This document shows, one piece after another, positions 9,400 through 20,660 of a stretch of DNA of 64,000 nucleotides (positions are counted from its first letter, which is position 1; each line of letters opens with the position of its first letter). The translations under genes and the position numbers were made by a program. The notes beneath the pieces were generated by a model. That model ran no database searches and had not been told where the DNA came from. It was given only the letters and a program-made list of their open reading frames with translations. Source of the DNA: Gemmatimonadales bacterium (GTDB taxonomy: Bacteria; Gemmatimonadota; Gemmatimonadetes; Gemmatimonadales; GWC2-71-9); the NCBI GenBank assembly GCA_037189525.1, contig JBBCJC010000002.1, positions 194,286 through 258,285 on the forward strand, in the 5' to 3' direction.

Positions 9400-10281
9400 C
9401 TACTTGAGGAACGCGAGCAGTTCGGCGGCGGTTGCCCCCGGCAGTTCCTCGGCCAGATAGTGGCCGCACTCCAGCGCCCGCCCGGTTACCGACGTTGCGT
9501 GTTCCCGCCAGTCATCGAGTGGTTCGAAGCAGGTTTCCACCACGCCATGCTTGCCCCAGAGCACCAACAGTGGTGCGCGAATCCGCCGACCGAGATCGGC
9601 TTCATCGTGTTCGAGATCGATGGTAGCAGCGGCGCGATAATCTTCGCAGCTGGCGTATATCGTGGCCGGGTTCCGAAACGCGCGGAGATACTGGGACAGG
9701 GCTTCGGGGTCGAAGGCCGCCAATCCGCCGTGCCGGCTCCCGAGATGGCGGGTCAGGAAGAAATCCGGATCGGCGCCGATCAGCCGCTCCGGCAGCGGCG
9801 CCGGCTGAATCAGGAAAAACCAGTGGTAATAGGCCTCGGCAAAGCGCCGATCGGTGCTGCGGTACATCGTCAGCGTGGGCACCACATCAAGCACCGACCA
9901 GCGGCGAATCCGGCTTTCATGGTCGAGCAGCATCCGGTGCGCCACCCGGGCACCGCGATCGTGTCCCACCACGTCGAACTTCTCGTAGCCGAGCGATCCC
10001 ATGACCCGGACCTGGTCGGCGGCCATTTCCCGCTTGGAATAGGCCCAGTGCGGCGGCGACACCCCGCCATCCGGCTTGCCGCTGGCCCCGTATCCACGCA
10101 GGTCGGTCGCGACGACGGTAAAGTGCTCCGCGAGCTGCGGCGCCACCTTGTGCCACATCGCATGGGTCTGCGGATATCCGTGCAGCAGGAGCAGCGGCGG
10201 CCCGGAGCCCCCGACCACTCCATGAATCACCACGTCACCGACGTCGAACCAGCGCGGTTCGAATCCGGGGAAAAGCATCAT
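9400..10281 (-). CDS. Alpha/beta hydrolase, haloacetate dehalogenase/epoxide hydrolase-like
   Basis: 293 aa. LLLLHGYPQTHAMW and VVGHDRGARVAHRM (Asp nucleophile elbow) are characteristic of this subgroup. Confidence 0.85.
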   Translation of the reverse strand: MMLFPGFEPRWFDVGDVVIHGVVGGSGPPLLLLHGYPQTHAMWHKVAPQLAEHFTVVATDLRGYGASGKPDGGVSPPHWAYSKREMAADQVRVMGSLGYEKFDVVGHDRGARVAHRMLLDHESRIRRWSVLDVVPTLTMYRSTDRRFAEAYYHWFFLIQPAPLPERLIGADPDFFLTRHLGSRHGGLAAFDPEALSQYLRAFRNPATIYASCEDYRAAATIDLEHDEADLGRRIRAPLLVLWGKHGVVETCFEPLDDWREHATSVTGRALECGHYLAEELPGATAAELLAFLK

Positions 10282-10468
10282 GTCGACAGTCCTCGATCGA
10301 CCCTATTCCGCCGATCCGCCCCTGCGGATCGCGGCCCGACAGCCAGCCTAACGACATTGCGCCGCGCCCGCCAGGTGTAACACGGGGGCAGTGGCAGCCC
10401 CAGAGCCACCCTGCCCCCGCAAGAATGTCGCCGCGCCCAGGCCTCGGGCGCGACGCCATTGGTCCAGC

Positions 10469-13084
10469 CTAACGCCGCGGATCGAAGATCTGTTCGATCT
10501 GCGCCAAGGCATCCTCCAGGTGCGCCCGGGTCGCCCGATCGGCCGTCCGCGGTAAAGCGCGGCGGATGGCGCCCTCGAGCGTCCGAAGCTCGGCGCCGAA
10601 CGCGGACCGGATGTCGCTGGTTGCGCGCGCGGGCGCAAACTGCTGAGCAAAGACCGCCGGCAGCCCGGCCGGAAGCTGTACCGGCTGCGGATGGATCTTG
10701 TTGCGCGCCTGCGTCAGGTAACTCCGCTGCAGCTCGCGGCGGAAGGCGTCGATCGACACCGACCCGGAGGACAGTTCGCTCCAGACCCCGCCCCGTACGT
10801 CGGCCAGCATCTCGGTCAGCGCATAGGCGTCACGCGGCGACGAGGCCAGGGCTTCGAACTCGACCACCCGCTCCAGACGCCGATCGTTGAACAGCGCAGC
10901 GAGCACGCCGGCCTGCGCCGCATTGATACGCCGGAGCGCGCCCTCGACCTCGATGTTGCGGAGCACATCGTCGACCAGGAAGAAGGTCGGCGTGGCAAAG
11001 GCATTGGCATTGAGGAACTGTACCGCTTCCCGCTGCCGGGATCGCGACCAGGGCTTATAGCGATGATCGGCGTTCTGGCCGCCATAGGCCTCCTGCGCAT
11101 CGGCGCCGCCAACCATGATGGCCACGTGCCGCAACTCGGTGGCCCACTGCCCAATCAGACGATCGTAGAGCAAGCGCAGGTCATCGTAGTCCTGTCCGGG
11201 CCGTACCGCGGCCGGAATCAGCAGCGGGACGATCTGCTTGATGCTCTTGATGCCCCACCCGGTCGCCTTGACGGGATCGGCATCACCGACGGCCTCGCTG
11301 TGGTCGCCCGGATCGGCGCCGCGCGAATCCGACATATTGAACCGGTACCACGGAATCGAATCCTGCTCCCGCGACCAGCGATCCAGCGTCGGCCACTCAT
11401 CATCCGGCGTCCTGGCCGACGCGATCGGCGTGTAGCCCCAGCGCGTGATGTAGAGATCCCACGGGCCGATCTTCGGCACCAGATCCTCGAGCGGGATCTT
11501 GTCCTCCGGCTGCGCCACATAATTGAACCGGGAGTAATCCATGATCGACGGCGAGTGTCCCATCCGCCGGATCCAGCTCGCGCTGCGCAGCGAGTCGACC
11601 GGATAGGTGGAGCTGCCCTTCTGATCGTGCTGGTAGCCCAGCGTATGCCCCACCTCGTGCGCCACCACGAACTCCACCAGACGACCCATCAGCGAGTCCG
11701 GATACGGCCACATCCGCGCCCGCGGGTCGAGATGCGCAACCTGCGAGAAGTACCAGGTCCGCTGCAGCGTCATGATGTTGTGATACATGTAAATGTCGGA
11801 CTCGAGAATTTCACCGGTCCGCGGGTCGTGTACGTTGGGACCCTGGGCATTCTCGATCGTCGACGGCAGCCAGCGCACCACCGAGTAACGCGCATCCTCC
11901 GGCGCCCAATCCGGATCTTCCGCGGGCGTCGGCGCGTCCTTGGCGACGATGGCGCGCCGGAACCCGGCCGCCTCGAACGCCACCTGCCACTGCTCCACTC
12001 CACGCCGGACGTACGGCTTGAGCCAGTCGGGGGTCGCGGGATCGATGTAGTACGTGATCGGCTTGACCGGTTCCGACATCGCCGCGTTAGGATCTTTCTT
12101 CTCGAGCCGCCAGCGCACCAGGTACTCGCGCGTCTGCGACCGCTGCTCCGGACGACCGTAGTCGATCTGCTGCAGGGTAAAGAAACCGATCCGCTTATCG
12201 GCGAGCCGAGGCATCATCGGGTTCTCGGGCAGCTTGACCATGCTCCAGTACATGCTCACCGACGCCGTTCCGGTGGCGGCCGGCGCAAACGGATTGGCCG
12301 GCGCCGCGCCCGGCAGCTGCGGAGGCGGCGGAAAGGTGATGGTCGCCTGGACGTCGACGTTGGTCGGGAAGGCCAGCACCCGTTCGATGAACGAGCGATT
12401 CGGATCGGGCGTGCCGCGATACTGAGGCGCCCCCGGCCCGAACTCCGGCGGCGGCGCGGTGTACAGCCGCGAGACATCGACCACCGGCGCGCTGTCCGGA
12501 CCGAACGCTTCGATGTTGAACGCGGCGACCACGACGTCGTTGTTGGAGTTGCGCACCGCCTGGTACATCGGATTCAGCGAATCGGCGACCGTCGCATACG
12601 ACACCGAACGGAGCAGGACGCGATTGTCCCGCTGCTCCCAGCGCAGCACATAGGATCGGCCGAGTTGCTGGCCGCCGTAGCCGACGTTGAGGGGCGTCCG
12701 GGCCGCGCGGCTCACCAGCAACAGCTCCTGGCCCAGCTCACGGCGCGGAATCTCGAAGTAGAGCCGGCTCCCGACCCGGTGAGTCTTGAAGAGACCATCA
12801 CGGGTGGTGGCCTGCGGGGTAATGACGGAGCGGTACGGCCGAGGAGCCGGATCGCCACCGGGCGGCTGCGGAGCGGCCCGCCGGGTCGTGTCCTGCCCCG
12901 GGGCTGGAGCGGCAGCAGCCTGATTCGGACGCCCTGCCTGCTGGTTCGGTGTCGGGACCGCCGCCGGCGCGGCGGGACGACACGCGGCCCCCAGCACGAC
13001 CGTCGCCACCAGGGCCATCATGGCCCCCGGGACGGATGGCAGGGACCGAGCTTTGGGACGATCGACGTCGGTTGGTACAATCAT
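10469..13084 (-). CDS. Secreted zinc metalloprotease (HExxH)
   Basis: The track ORF (to 13585) is over-extended. ATG 13084 has a GAGG SD and gives MIVPTDV...MMALVATVVLGAAC. It carries the zinc motif VVAHEVGHTLGYQHD. The large flanking regions resemble DUF5117/DUF4953-type metalloproteases; those family names are from memory. Confidence 0.85.
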   Translation of the reverse strand: MIVPTDVDRPKARSLPSVPGAMMALVATVVLGAACRPAAPAAVPTPNQQAGRPNQAAAAPAPGQDTTRRAAPQPPGGDPAPRPYRSVITPQATTRDGLFKTHRVGSRLYFEIPRRELGQELLLVSRAARTPLNVGYGGQQLGRSYVLRWEQRDNRVLLRSVSYATVADSLNPMYQAVRNSNNDVVVAAFNIEAFGPDSAPVVDVSRLYTAPPPEFGPGAPQYRGTPDPNRSFIERVLAFPTNVDVQATITFPPPPQLPGAAPANPFAPAATGTASVSMYWSMVKLPENPMMPRLADKRIGFFTLQQIDYGRPEQRSQTREYLVRWRLEKKDPNAAMSEPVKPITYYIDPATPDWLKPYVRRGVEQWQVAFEAAGFRRAIVAKDAPTPAEDPDWAPEDARYSVVRWLPSTIENAQGPNVHDPRTGEILESDIYMYHNIMTLQRTWYFSQVAHLDPRARMWPYPDSLMGRLVEFVVAHEVGHTLGYQHDQKGSSTYPVDSLRSASWIRRMGHSPSIMDYSRFNYVAQPEDKIPLEDLVPKIGPWDLYITRWGYTPIASARTPDDEWPTLDRWSREQDSIPWYRFNMSDSRGADPGDHSEAVGDADPVKATGWGIKSIKQIVPLLIPAAVRPGQDYDDLRLLYDRLIGQWATELRHVAIMVGGADAQEAYGGQNADHRYKPWSRSRQREAVQFLNANAFATPTFFLVDDVLRNIEVEGALRRINAAQAGVLAALFNDRRLERVVEFEALASSPRDAYALTEMLADVRGGVWSELSSGSVSIDAFRRELQRSYLTQARNKIHPQPVQLPAGLPAVFAQQFAPARATSDIRSAFGAELRTLEGAIRRALPRTADRATRAHLEDALAQIEQIFDPRR

Positions 13085-13268
13085 GGAGATACCTCGGCGG
13101 CAAACCCGCGAAAACGAGCAAATTGTGACGGAGATCCCGGTCGGGATGGATTGAGACCGGACCATCTGAATTATACGCTTCGGTGTGCAGAAATGTTGAG
13201 CCACCCGGCGCCAACGCCGCTCGAGGCGGTATCTTGCCCCGTAACGACCGCCAGGACAGTCTCCTGCC

Positions 13269-16200
13269 ATGAAGCTCAGCCCTGACGGCAATCTCGTCTT
13301 CTCACCGAGCGACTTGATCGTCTTTCTCGAGGGAGACTTTGCCTCATGGATGGACCGGGCCCGTCTCGAGGCGGGACGGGGTGTCGCCATCCCGGCGCAC
13401 ATTGCGGCGGCCGCCGCGGATGAGCCATCGGACGAGACCGCGCTCTTTGCGCGCCTGGGCGATGCCCACGAACGCGCGGTGCTCGAACGGCTGCATGGCG
13501 TCGATGGCCCGATCGTCACGATCGATCGCGACAACCAGTCTCGCGAACGAACGCTCGAAGCCCTGACCCTGGCCCAAGCAACCATCTTTCAGGGTCACCT
13601 TGCCGACCCGCCATTCGAAGGCTACGCCGACTTCCTGCGCCGCGTTACCCATGAGAACGGGACCGCATTCGAGCCGTGGGACAGCAAGCTGGCACGATCG
13701 ACCCGGCCGTATTTCCTGGTTCAGCTCTGTTGCTACGCAGCCATGCTGGCCCGTGTCCAGGGTCACTTGCCGGCACGGCTCGGCGTGATTCTGGGCACCG
13801 GTGATGAGCTGACCTATCCGACGACGGATTTCATCCACTACTATCGCCACCTGCGGCGGCGTTTTCTCGCCTTTCAGGATCGCTTCGACCCGTCGGTCAT
13901 GCCCGACCCCGCCCTCGAGCGTGGCTTGGGCAGCTGGAGTGATTTCGCCCGGCAGGAGTTGATCCGGCGTGACGACCTTCGCCTCCTGGCCGGGGTGACC
14001 AGAAGCCAGATTGCCCGGCTCCGTGAATGCGGTATCCAAACCCTGGCCGCGCTGGCCACCGGCACGCGTCCGCCGGACCTCCGCATCAAGCAGGGCATCT
14101 TCGACCGTTTACAGGAACAGGCCCGTCTCCAGATCACCTCGCGGGGCCAGGAACGGCCTGTTTGGATCGTGGTGCCGCCGCCGGAGGAACGGCCCGGTCG
14201 CGGTCTGGGCGGCTTGCCACCGGCCACGCCCTATGACGTCTATCTCGATTTCGAGGGCTACCCGCTGCTCGGCAAGGACGGGTTGGAATACTTGGTAGGC
14301 GCCGTCACGATCGAGAGCGGATCGCCCGAGTTTCACGATTGGTGGGCTCACGATTCGCTGAGCGAGCGGCGCGCCTTCGAAGCGGTGGTCGACTGGCTCT
14401 GGTCGCGCTGGCGAGCCCAACCGGCGCTGCACATCTATCACTACGCGCCCTACGAAAAGACCGCGCTCCGGCGGCTGGCCGCCAAGTACGCAACCCGCGA
14501 AGACGAGCTCGACGACCTGCTGCGCAACGAGGTGCTGGTCGATCTCTACCCCATCGTTCGGCAAGGTATGGTGGTGGGGACGGAGAGTTACTCGCTCAAG
14601 GACATCGAGCGGCTCTATCGAGGACGTCGCGAAGGCACGGTCACGGCCGCCGGCGGATCGATGGTGGCCTATCAGAACTGGATCGACAGCGGCGAGCCCG
14701 GCGATTGGCGCGCATCACCCAGGCTGGCCGCGATTCGGGATTACAATCGCGACGACTGCGTCTCCACCTGGGAACTCGCCGAGTGGCTCCGCAAGAGGCA
14801 GACCGAGGCTGGCATCCCGTGGGCGCCGATCAAAGCCGCCGACGCCCAGAAGCCGCCGAGCGACAAGGAGCTCGAACGCCGGGCCAGGGTAGAGCCGCTG
14901 GAGCAGGAACTGCTGCGCCGCGCCGAGACTGCTACCGACCCGGAGTCCGGGCGGGTGACCGTCTTGCTTGCTCACCTGCTGCAATTTCATCGGCGTGAAG
15001 CGCGGCCGGTCTGGTGGGAGCTGTTCGATCGCGCTGCCAGGCCGGACGACGAGCTCGTCCATGACCATCGCTGCCTGGTCGGCATGGAGCGGACCTCGCG
15101 CCCGCCCTTTTCGATCAAGCGTTCATTCGGATACGAGTATCGGTTCGATACCGAACAGGATTTTCATATCCATGCCGGCGACACCGGCCGCCTGCCACAC
15201 GACCTCGACATCAAAGCATCGATCGAGAGCATCGACCCCGACGCCGGACTCGTCGTCATCAAGACGACCGCCGGGAAGTTGCCCAAGACCGCGACATTCA
15301 TCGAGCATCGGTTCTTTTCGGCGGATGCGATTGCCGACAGCATCTTTCGTTTCGTGACCCGCTGGTCTCAGCGTACGCTCTCCGACCGCAATGCCGTGAT
15401 CGACGTACTGCATCGGCGCGCGCCGCGACGAAAGTCCACTGCATCCGGCCCGCTCATTCCCGGCGACACGACCGATTTCCTCGCCGACCTGATTCGCGTC
15501 GTGGCCGACCTCGACGACAGCTCGCTCTGCATCCAGGGTCCGCCCGGTACCGGGAAGACCTGGAGCACCGCCCAGGTCATCCTGGCGCTGGTCAACGCCG
15601 GCCATCGCGTCGGTGTCGCGTCCAACAGTCACTCGGCCATCCGGAATTTGATGGTGACGGTGGCTGAGCACGCCGCACGTCGCGGGACACCGGTTCGTCT
15701 GGTCAAAGCCGGTCAGGATGACGACGGGCTCGAGGCGCTCGCGGCTCACGGAATCACGCAGATCGAGTCGGGGGATGCCGCCGGCGCCTGCGAAGCTGGC
15801 CCGCTCGTGCTGGGTGGGACAGCGTGGGTCTTCTCGCGGGAGGATATGCAGGAACCGACGCCGCGACTCGACTATCTCTTCGTCGATGAAGCCGGGCAGG
15901 TCTCACTCGCCAATCTGGTCGGTATGGGCAGCGCCGCGCGCAATCTCGTCCTGATCGGCGACCAGATGCAGTTGGCGCAACCGGTCAAAGGCAGCCATCC
16001 CGACGAGAGTGGCGACTCCTGCCTGGAGTACGCGCTACAGGGTCACGCCACCGTTCCACCCGATCGCGGCGTCTTCCTGCCGACGACCTGGCGGATGCAT
16101 CCGGACATCTGCGAGTTCGTTTCGGCGGCGGTCTACGAGCACCGCCTGCACGGCGCACCGATTACCCGAACCCATCGGCTGGAGCTGTCGAAGCCGGGGC

Positions 16201-16700
16201 CGATCGATCGCGGGACCGGTATCGTACTGATTGATGTCGACCACGACGGGAACACTCAGGACAGCGAAGAGGAAGTCGCAGCCATCGGCGCGATCGTCGA
16301 CCAGCTCGAGGGTGGAACCGTCGAAATCGAGGGGACCCAACGGCCGTTCGATCGGACCCGTGATATCCTGATCGTGGCTCCGTACAACCTGCAGGTCCAT
16401 CGCCTGCGTCAGGCCCTTCCGGATCTCCAGATCGGGACGGTCGACAAATTCCAGGGGCTCGAAGCGCCGGTGGTCATCGTCTCGATGTGCGCCTCTTCGC
16501 TGGAGGATGCCCCGCGCGGCGCTGCATTCCTGCTCAACCCGAATCGCCTCAATGTCGCGATTTCGCGGGCGCAGTGCCTTGCCGTGGTGGTCGGATCGCC
16601 CGACCTGACGATGACGCGCTGCACCAGCGTCGCGGAGATGAAGCTGGTCAACCTCTACTGTCACCTCCGCGACTACGCGACTGGAGCGTTAGCGGAGTAA
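13269..16700 (+). CDS. RecB-like (TM0106-type) PD-(D/E)xK nuclease fused to an Upf1/DNA2-like SF1 helicase
   Basis: 1143 aa. N-terminal part: [37 protein letters not shown] (D...E.D.K nuclease pattern), then [12 protein letters not shown]-terminal part: Walker A GPPGTGKT, Walker [33 protein letters not shown]. Confidence 0.85.
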   Translation: MKLSPDGNLVFSPSDLIVFLEGDFASWMDRARLEAGRGVAIPAHIAAAAADEPSDETALFARLGDAHERAVLERLHGVDGPIVTIDRDNQSRERTLEALTLAQATIFQGHLADPPFEGYADFLRRVTHENGTAFEPWDSKLARSTRPYFLVQLCCYAAMLARVQGHLPARLGVILGTGDELTYPTTDFIHYYRHLRRRFLAFQDRFDPSVMPDPALERGLGSWSDFARQELIRRDDLRLLAGVTRSQIARLRECGIQTLAALATGTRPPDLRIKQGIFDRLQEQARLQITSRGQERPVWIVVPPPEERPGRGLGGLPPATPYDVYLDFEGYPLLGKDGLEYLVGAVTIESGSPEFHDWWAHDSLSERRAFEAVVDWLWSRWRAQPALHIYHYAPYEKTALRRLAAKYATREDELDDLLRNEVLVDLYPIVRQGMVVGTESYSLKDIERLYRGRREGTVTAAGGSMVAYQNWIDSGEPGDWRASPRLAAIRDYNRDDCVSTWELAEWLRKRQTEAGIPWAPIKAADAQKPPSDKELERRARVEPLEQELLRRAETATDPESGRVTVLLAHLLQFHRREARPVWWELFDRAARPDDELVHDHRCLVGMERTSRPPFSIKRSFGYEYRFDTEQDFHIHAGDTGRLPHDLDIKASIESIDPDAGLVVIKTTAGKLPKTATFIEHRFFSADAIADSIFRFVTRWSQRTLSDRNAVIDVLHRRAPRRKSTASGPLIPGDTTDFLADLIRVVADLDDSSLCIQGPPGTGKTWSTAQVILALVNAGHRVGVASNSHSAIRNLMVTVAEHAARRGTPVRLVKAGQDDDGLEALAAHGITQIESGDAAGACEAGPLVLGGTAWVFSREDMQEPTPRLDYLFVDEAGQVSLANLVGMGSAARNLVLIGDQMQLAQPVKGSHPDESGDSCLEYALQGHATVPPDRGVFLPTTWRMHPDICEFVSAAVYEHRLHGAPITRTHRLELSKPGPIDRGTGIVLIDVDHDGNTQDSEEEVAAIGAIVDQLEGGTVEIEGTQRPFDRTRDILIVAPYNLQVHRLRQALPDLQIGTVDKFQGLEAPVVIVSMCASSLEDAPRGAAFLLNPNRLNVAISRAQCLAVVVGSPDLTMTRCTSVAEMKLVNLYCHLRDYATGALAE

Positions 16701-17537
16701 CTCCTCCAGTTTGACGGAGGCATCGGTCTTCTCGTCACGGTATTTGACGATGACCGGCGCGTAGAGCGCAATGCCCAGCGCAGCACCCACTCCATACTTG
16801 ACCGGCCGCGACCCGGGTACCACGACGGCGCCAGCCGGGATCTCGAGCGGACGATCGCCGTCTCGGCGCAGCAAGCGGTCGTGCACCAGATCGACCACGA
16901 CGGTCCCGCCCGTCAGGATCGTCCCTGGCGCCAACACCGCACGCTCCCGAACGATGGTACCCTCGTAGATGCCGGTGTTACCACCCACCAGGACATCGTC
17001 TTCGACTACCACTGGCAACGCCCCGGCCGGCTCCAAGACGCCCCCGATTTGCGCACCTGCCGAAATGTGGACCCGCTTCCCGATCTGGGCGCACGATCCG
17101 ACCAGCGCATGCGAATCGATCATGGTACCATCGTCGACGTAGGCGCCGGCATTGACGTACATCGGCGGCATGCAGACCACGCCCCGGCCGAGATAGGCGC
17201 CTTCGCGCACCGAAGAACCACCCGGTACGACGCGAACGCCATCGTCTGCTCCGAAGCGGCGGATGCCGTAGGTGTCCTTATCCGCGAACGGGAGGTTGCC
17301 CGGGCCTGCAAGCTCGACCACGACACCCAGTCGGAAGCCAAGCAGGATCCCGCTCTTGACCCAGGTATTGGCCTGCCAGGTACCGTCTGCCGCGCGTGTT
17401 GCTGCGCGCACCGTCCCCGCCTGCAGCGCCAGTTTGAGATCGCCGAATGCCTGCCGCGCCTCCGCTTCGGCGCCTGCCGGCACGCCCGCAGCAAAGCGCT
17501 CGATCCGCTCCTGCAACCCTGCTCCACCTGCCGTCAT
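16689..17537 (-). CDS. dapD: 2,3,4,5-tetrahydropyridine-2,6-dicarboxylate N-succinyltransferase
   Basis: 282 aa. It has hexapeptide-repeat body sequence and a DapD-like C-terminus ([17 protein letters not shown]). The start overlaps the dapA stop by 4 nt. Confidence 0.8.
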   Translation of the reverse strand: MTAGGAGLQERIERFAAGVPAGAEAEARQAFGDLKLALQAGTVRAATRAADGTWQANTWVKSGILLGFRLGVVVELAGPGNLPFADKDTYGIRRFGADDGVRVVPGGSSVREGAYLGRGVVCMPPMYVNAGAYVDDGTMIDSHALVGSCAQIGKRVHISAGAQIGGVLEPAGALPVVVEDDVLVGGNTGIYEGTIVRERAVLAPGTILTGGTVVVDLVHDRLLRRDGDRPLEIPAGAVVVPGSRPVKYGVGAALGIALYAPVIVKYRDEKTDASVKLEELLR

Positions 17538-18424
17538 GCCACTGCCTCCACCGCGAAATCGCGAAGTACATTCTCGAGCACAGCCCGAGAGCTTGCCGAT
17601 ACCGGCACCAATGGTAATCGCAGCACGTTGGAAATCTTACCCATCATGGCCAGCGCACACTTGGCCGGCGCGGGATTGGTTTCGATGAAGTTGGCGTCGA
17701 TCAGCGGCAGGAGACGATAGTGCAACTCGCGGGCTTCGACCAACCGGCCATCGAGGGACAACCGGGCCAAGCGTGCCATCAGCCCGGGTACCTCGTTCGA
17801 GATGACGGAGATGATCCCGTCGCCGCCGATCGCAATCAGCGGGAGTGTCATGCCGTCATCCCCAGACAGCACCAGGAACCCGTCGGGACGATCCTTGATG
17901 ATTCGCATCATCTGATTGAGGTCGCCGCTGGCTTCCTTGACAGCCACGATCCGTGGATGCGCGGCCAGTTCGAGAATGGTGGCCGGCGCCATGTTGACCG
18001 CGGTCCGGCCCGGCACGTTGTAGAGGATCACCGGCCGAGTGCTGGCCTCCGCCACTGCCTCGAAATGCCGGAGCATTCCGGTTTGGGTCGGCTTGTTGTA
18101 GTACGGCGCCGCGCTCAGAATGCCGTCGACGCCAGCTTCGCACATGGCGCGCGTCTCGGCCACGGCCCGCGCCGTATCGTTGCTGGTGGCTCCTGCCACC
18201 ACGGGGACCCGTCCGCGGGCGGCTTCGACCACGGTACGCGCCACGGTGAGCCGTTCGTCGTCGCTCAGCGTCTGGGCTTCACCGGTCGAGCCACACGCCA
18301 CCAGGAAGTCGATCCCATCGGCGATCTGCCAGTCGACCAATCGGCGGAGTGCCGCCAGGTCGAGGGAACCGTCCGACTCGAATGGGGTTACCAGCGCGGT
18401 ACCACAACCGCGAAATGCGCTCAT
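17534..18424 (-). CDS. dapA: 4-hydroxy-tetrahydrodipicolinate synthase
   Basis: The track ORF (to 18877) is over-extended. ATG 18424 overlaps the dapB stop (ATGA). [53 protein letters not shown] is a canonical DapA N-terminus. Confidence 0.9.
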   Translation of the reverse strand: MSAFRGCGTALVTPFESDGSLDLAALRRLVDWQIADGIDFLVACGSTGEAQTLSDDERLTVARTVVEAARGRVPVVAGATSNDTARAVAETRAMCEAGVDGILSAAPYYNKPTQTGMLRHFEAVAEASTRPVILYNVPGRTAVNMAPATILELAAHPRIVAVKEASGDLNQMMRIIKDRPDGFLVLSGDDGMTLPLIAIGGDGIISVISNEVPGLMARLARLSLDGRLVEARELHYRLLPLIDANFIETNPAPAKCALAMMGKISNVLRLPLVPVSASSRAVLENVLRDFAVEAVA

Positions 18425-19119
18425 CGTTCGTCTCCAAAGAGGACTTGTTCGAATCGATAGATTCCGATATGACCCGGCAGCCACTCGGCCGCCGTGACCG
18501 CGCCGACCGCAAACACGGCGCGATTGCGCGCACTGTGGGTCAGCGTGATGGTTTCGTGTTCGCCGTCGATTTCCAACCGATGCAGCCCGGGAATCGAGCC
18601 CAACCGTTCTGACGTGATCGGATACGGACGTCCGGGATCGCCGGCCCGAGCCGCGGCCTGCAGCGCAAGCCCGGTCCCCGACGGCGCATCCAGCTTGTGG
18701 CGATGATGCTGCTCGAAGATCGCCGCATCGAACTCGGGCCGGCCGGCCAGCGCCCGCCCCAGTTCGCGCGCGGCCCGGAACATCAGATGCGCACCGATCG
18801 AGAAGTTCGCGGCGTGGAGGAGCGCACCGCGCCGCGCCGCGACCAGCGCTTCCAGCGCAGGCAACTCTTCGCGCCACCCGGTGGTCCCGGTCACCACCGG
18901 CACGCCCAACTCGATCAACCGATGCAGGTTGGCCACCGCGGCCGCCGGCTGGGTGAACTCGACCGCCACCTCGGCGCCGTGCAGCGTCGCCGCCGACAGG
19001 CCTGCTCCGTCGACATTGTCGGCCTCGCCGATCCGCGCCACCACCTGATGCCCTCGACGCTCGGCTTCGGCAATGACGGCCTGTCCCATGCGCCCGAGAC
19101 CGATCACGGCAATCCTCAT
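18421..19119 (-). CDS. dapB: 4-hydroxy-tetrahydrodipicolinate reductase
   Basis: 232 aa. MRIAVIGLGRMG is a Rossmann start, and EQHHRHKLDAPSGTG is the DapB signature. Confidence 0.85.
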   Translation of the reverse strand: MRIAVIGLGRMGQAVIAEAERRGHQVVARIGEADNVDGAGLSAATLHGAEVAVEFTQPAAAVANLHRLIELGVPVVTGTTGWREELPALEALVAARRGALLHAANFSIGAHLMFRAARELGRALAGRPEFDAAIFEQHHRHKLDAPSGTGLALQAAARAGDPGRPYPITSERLGSIPGLHRLEIDGEHETITLTHSARNRAVFAVGAVTAAEWLPGHIGIYRFEQVLFGDER

Positions 19120-20477
19120 GCGGCCACCTCCGGAAAGAACTCGCGATGGAGCAGTTGAACCGCGCCGACGGCCTGATCCTCGCGAATCACGAAGGTCATG
19201 TTGATGGCCGAGGCACCCTGCGAGATGACTTCGATGTTGATGGGATTGACAGCGGAGAAGATGCGGCCGGCGATACCGGGTTCGGTCCGAAGCCCGATAC
19301 CTACGACGGCCACGATGGCTCGGCCCCCAGCCGTGGTCACGTCGCCTAACGTCCCGAGATCGCGACAGAGCATCTCGAGGCGGGCCGGATCGTCGATGGT
19401 GAGCGAGACGCTGACCTCGCTCGTCGCCACCACGTCGACGGAGATCCCGTGCCGTTCGACCACTTCGAACAGTTTGCGCAGGAATCCGACGGCATCGAGC
19501 ATCCCGGTCGCACGCACGTTGATCAGCGTGATCCCCTTCTTCCAGGCAATCGACCGGACCGGCGACCCCTCGATCGGCTGAACCGAGGCCCCGGCCAGGA
19601 TGGTCGTTCCCGGCCGCCCCGGGGCAAAGGAGTTGAGGATGACACAGGGAATGCGAGCGTGGATCAGCGGAGCGTACGTGGAGGGGTGAAGCACCTTGGC
19701 GCCGAAGGTCGCGAGCTCGGCAGCTTCGTGGTGGCTCGCGACCTCGATCAATCTGGCGTCCGGTACCACGCGCGGGTCGGCGGTCATCAGTCCGTCGACA
19801 TCGGTCCAGATCTCGACCCGTTCAGCACCGAGCGCGGCGCCCAGCAGCGACGCCGAGTAATCCGAGCCCCCTCGACCCAACGTCGTCGGGCGGCTATCGG
19901 CGGTCGCGCCAAGAAATCCCTGGGTGACGGGAACGATCCCGGCATCGAGGATCGGGCCGAACACCGCGGGGGCCGCCTGATCCAGTACCTGCCGGTCGAC
20001 GACGGCCCGCCCGAAACGCGCATCGGTACGCATCACCGTCCGGACATCGACCCACCGGGAGGCAATATCGGCCACCGCCGTCAGCGCCGCCGCCACCAGA
20101 TGGGAACTCCAGAGCTCGCCGAACGAGACGACCGCATCGCGCACCGCCTCGGGTGCTCCACCGTCCCGCAGGCTGTCGAGCCGCGCCTCGATCAGAGCGA
20201 CATCGGCCGCGAGAACCTCGTCGAGCGCGCCGGAGACGCCCAGCTCTTCCGCCGTTGCCCGATGGCGAGCCACGATCTCGCCCAACCGCACACGGGCGCC
20301 ATCCCTATCGCCGGCCTCGGTCTGATCGACCAGGCCAAGCAGGGCATTGGTCACCCCCGACATCGCCGACACGACGACCAGTGGGCGGCTGGTCAGTCTC
20401 CCTTTGACGATCCCGGCGAGTCGTTCGATCGCTGCGCAATCACCCACGGACGTCCCGCCGAACTTACAAACGATCAT
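19116..20477 (-). CDS. lysC: Aspartate kinase
   Basis: ATG 20477 gives MIVCKFGGTSVGD, a canonical aspartokinase N-terminus; track start 20498 lies inside the upstream hairpin. The protein has C-terminal ACT-like repeats, and its stop overlaps the dapB start. Confidence 0.9.
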   Translation of the reverse strand: MIVCKFGGTSVGDCAAIERLAGIVKGRLTSRPLVVVSAMSGVTNALLGLVDQTEAGDRDGARVRLGEIVARHRATAEELGVSGALDEVLAADVALIEARLDSLRDGGAPEAVRDAVVSFGELWSSHLVAAALTAVADIASRWVDVRTVMRTDARFGRAVVDRQVLDQAAPAVFGPILDAGIVPVTQGFLGATADSRPTTLGRGGSDYSASLLGAALGAERVEIWTDVDGLMTADPRVVPDARLIEVASHHEAAELATFGAKVLHPSTYAPLIHARIPCVILNSFAPGRPGTTILAGASVQPIEGSPVRSIAWKKGITLINVRATGMLDAVGFLRKLFEVVERHGISVDVVATSEVSVSLTIDDPARLEMLCRDLGTLGDVTTAGGRAIVAVVGIGLRTEPGIAGRIFSAVNPINIEVISQGASAINMTFVIREDQAVGAVQLLHREFFPEVAA

Positions 20478-20515
20478 AAAACAAAAAACCCGCCACACGA
20501 TATCGTGCGGCGGGG
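20478..20515 (-). terminator. Intrinsic-terminator-like hairpin plus U-tract immediately upstream of the lysC ATG (candidate attenuator)
   Basis: The minus strand reads CCCCGCCGCACGATATCGTGTGGCGGG TTTTTTGTTTT ATG. The stem is about 10-11 bp (one G-U pair) around the GATATC centre, and the U-run ends 0-4 nt before the start codon. Confidence 0.55.
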
Positions 20516-20540
20516 CTCCGGTGGTCAGAACTACGTTTGA

Positions 20541-20654
20541 CTACGCCGAATGCCCTCCGCACGGGCTGCACTTGAGCCCGCGCTTCTTCGCCCCGGCCTT
20601 AGTGGCCGACGTGAGAGCAGCGATGCGGTGCGCCTTAGCGGAAAGCGAGGTCAT
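20541..20654 (-). CDS. Candidate 37-aa leader peptide upstream of lysC
   Basis: My own translation (below the track length cutoff): MTSLSAKAHRIAALTSATKAGAKKRGLKCSPCGGHSA. An in-frame TAA lies 12 nt upstream of the ATG. It has 5 Lys and 3 Thr in 37 aa in a Lys-poor genome. Its 3' end overlaps a segment complementary to the terminator 5' arm. Confidence 0.3.
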   Translation of the reverse strand: MTSLSAKAHRIAALTSATKAGAKKRGLKCSPCGGHSA

Positions 20655-20660
20655 GTTTGA

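Noticed and set aside
10691-13285. Very long ORFs antisense to called genes: this 864-aa one, plus 39382..41457, 54019..56361, 57216..59426, 21661..23622, 45077..46720, 49583..51169, 7828..9369 and 18..767.
   Set aside because: All are Arg/Gly/Pro/His-rich with no motifs. Each is nested opposite a gene with clear family signatures or normal composition. They are the expected stop-poor antisense frames of high-GC DNA.
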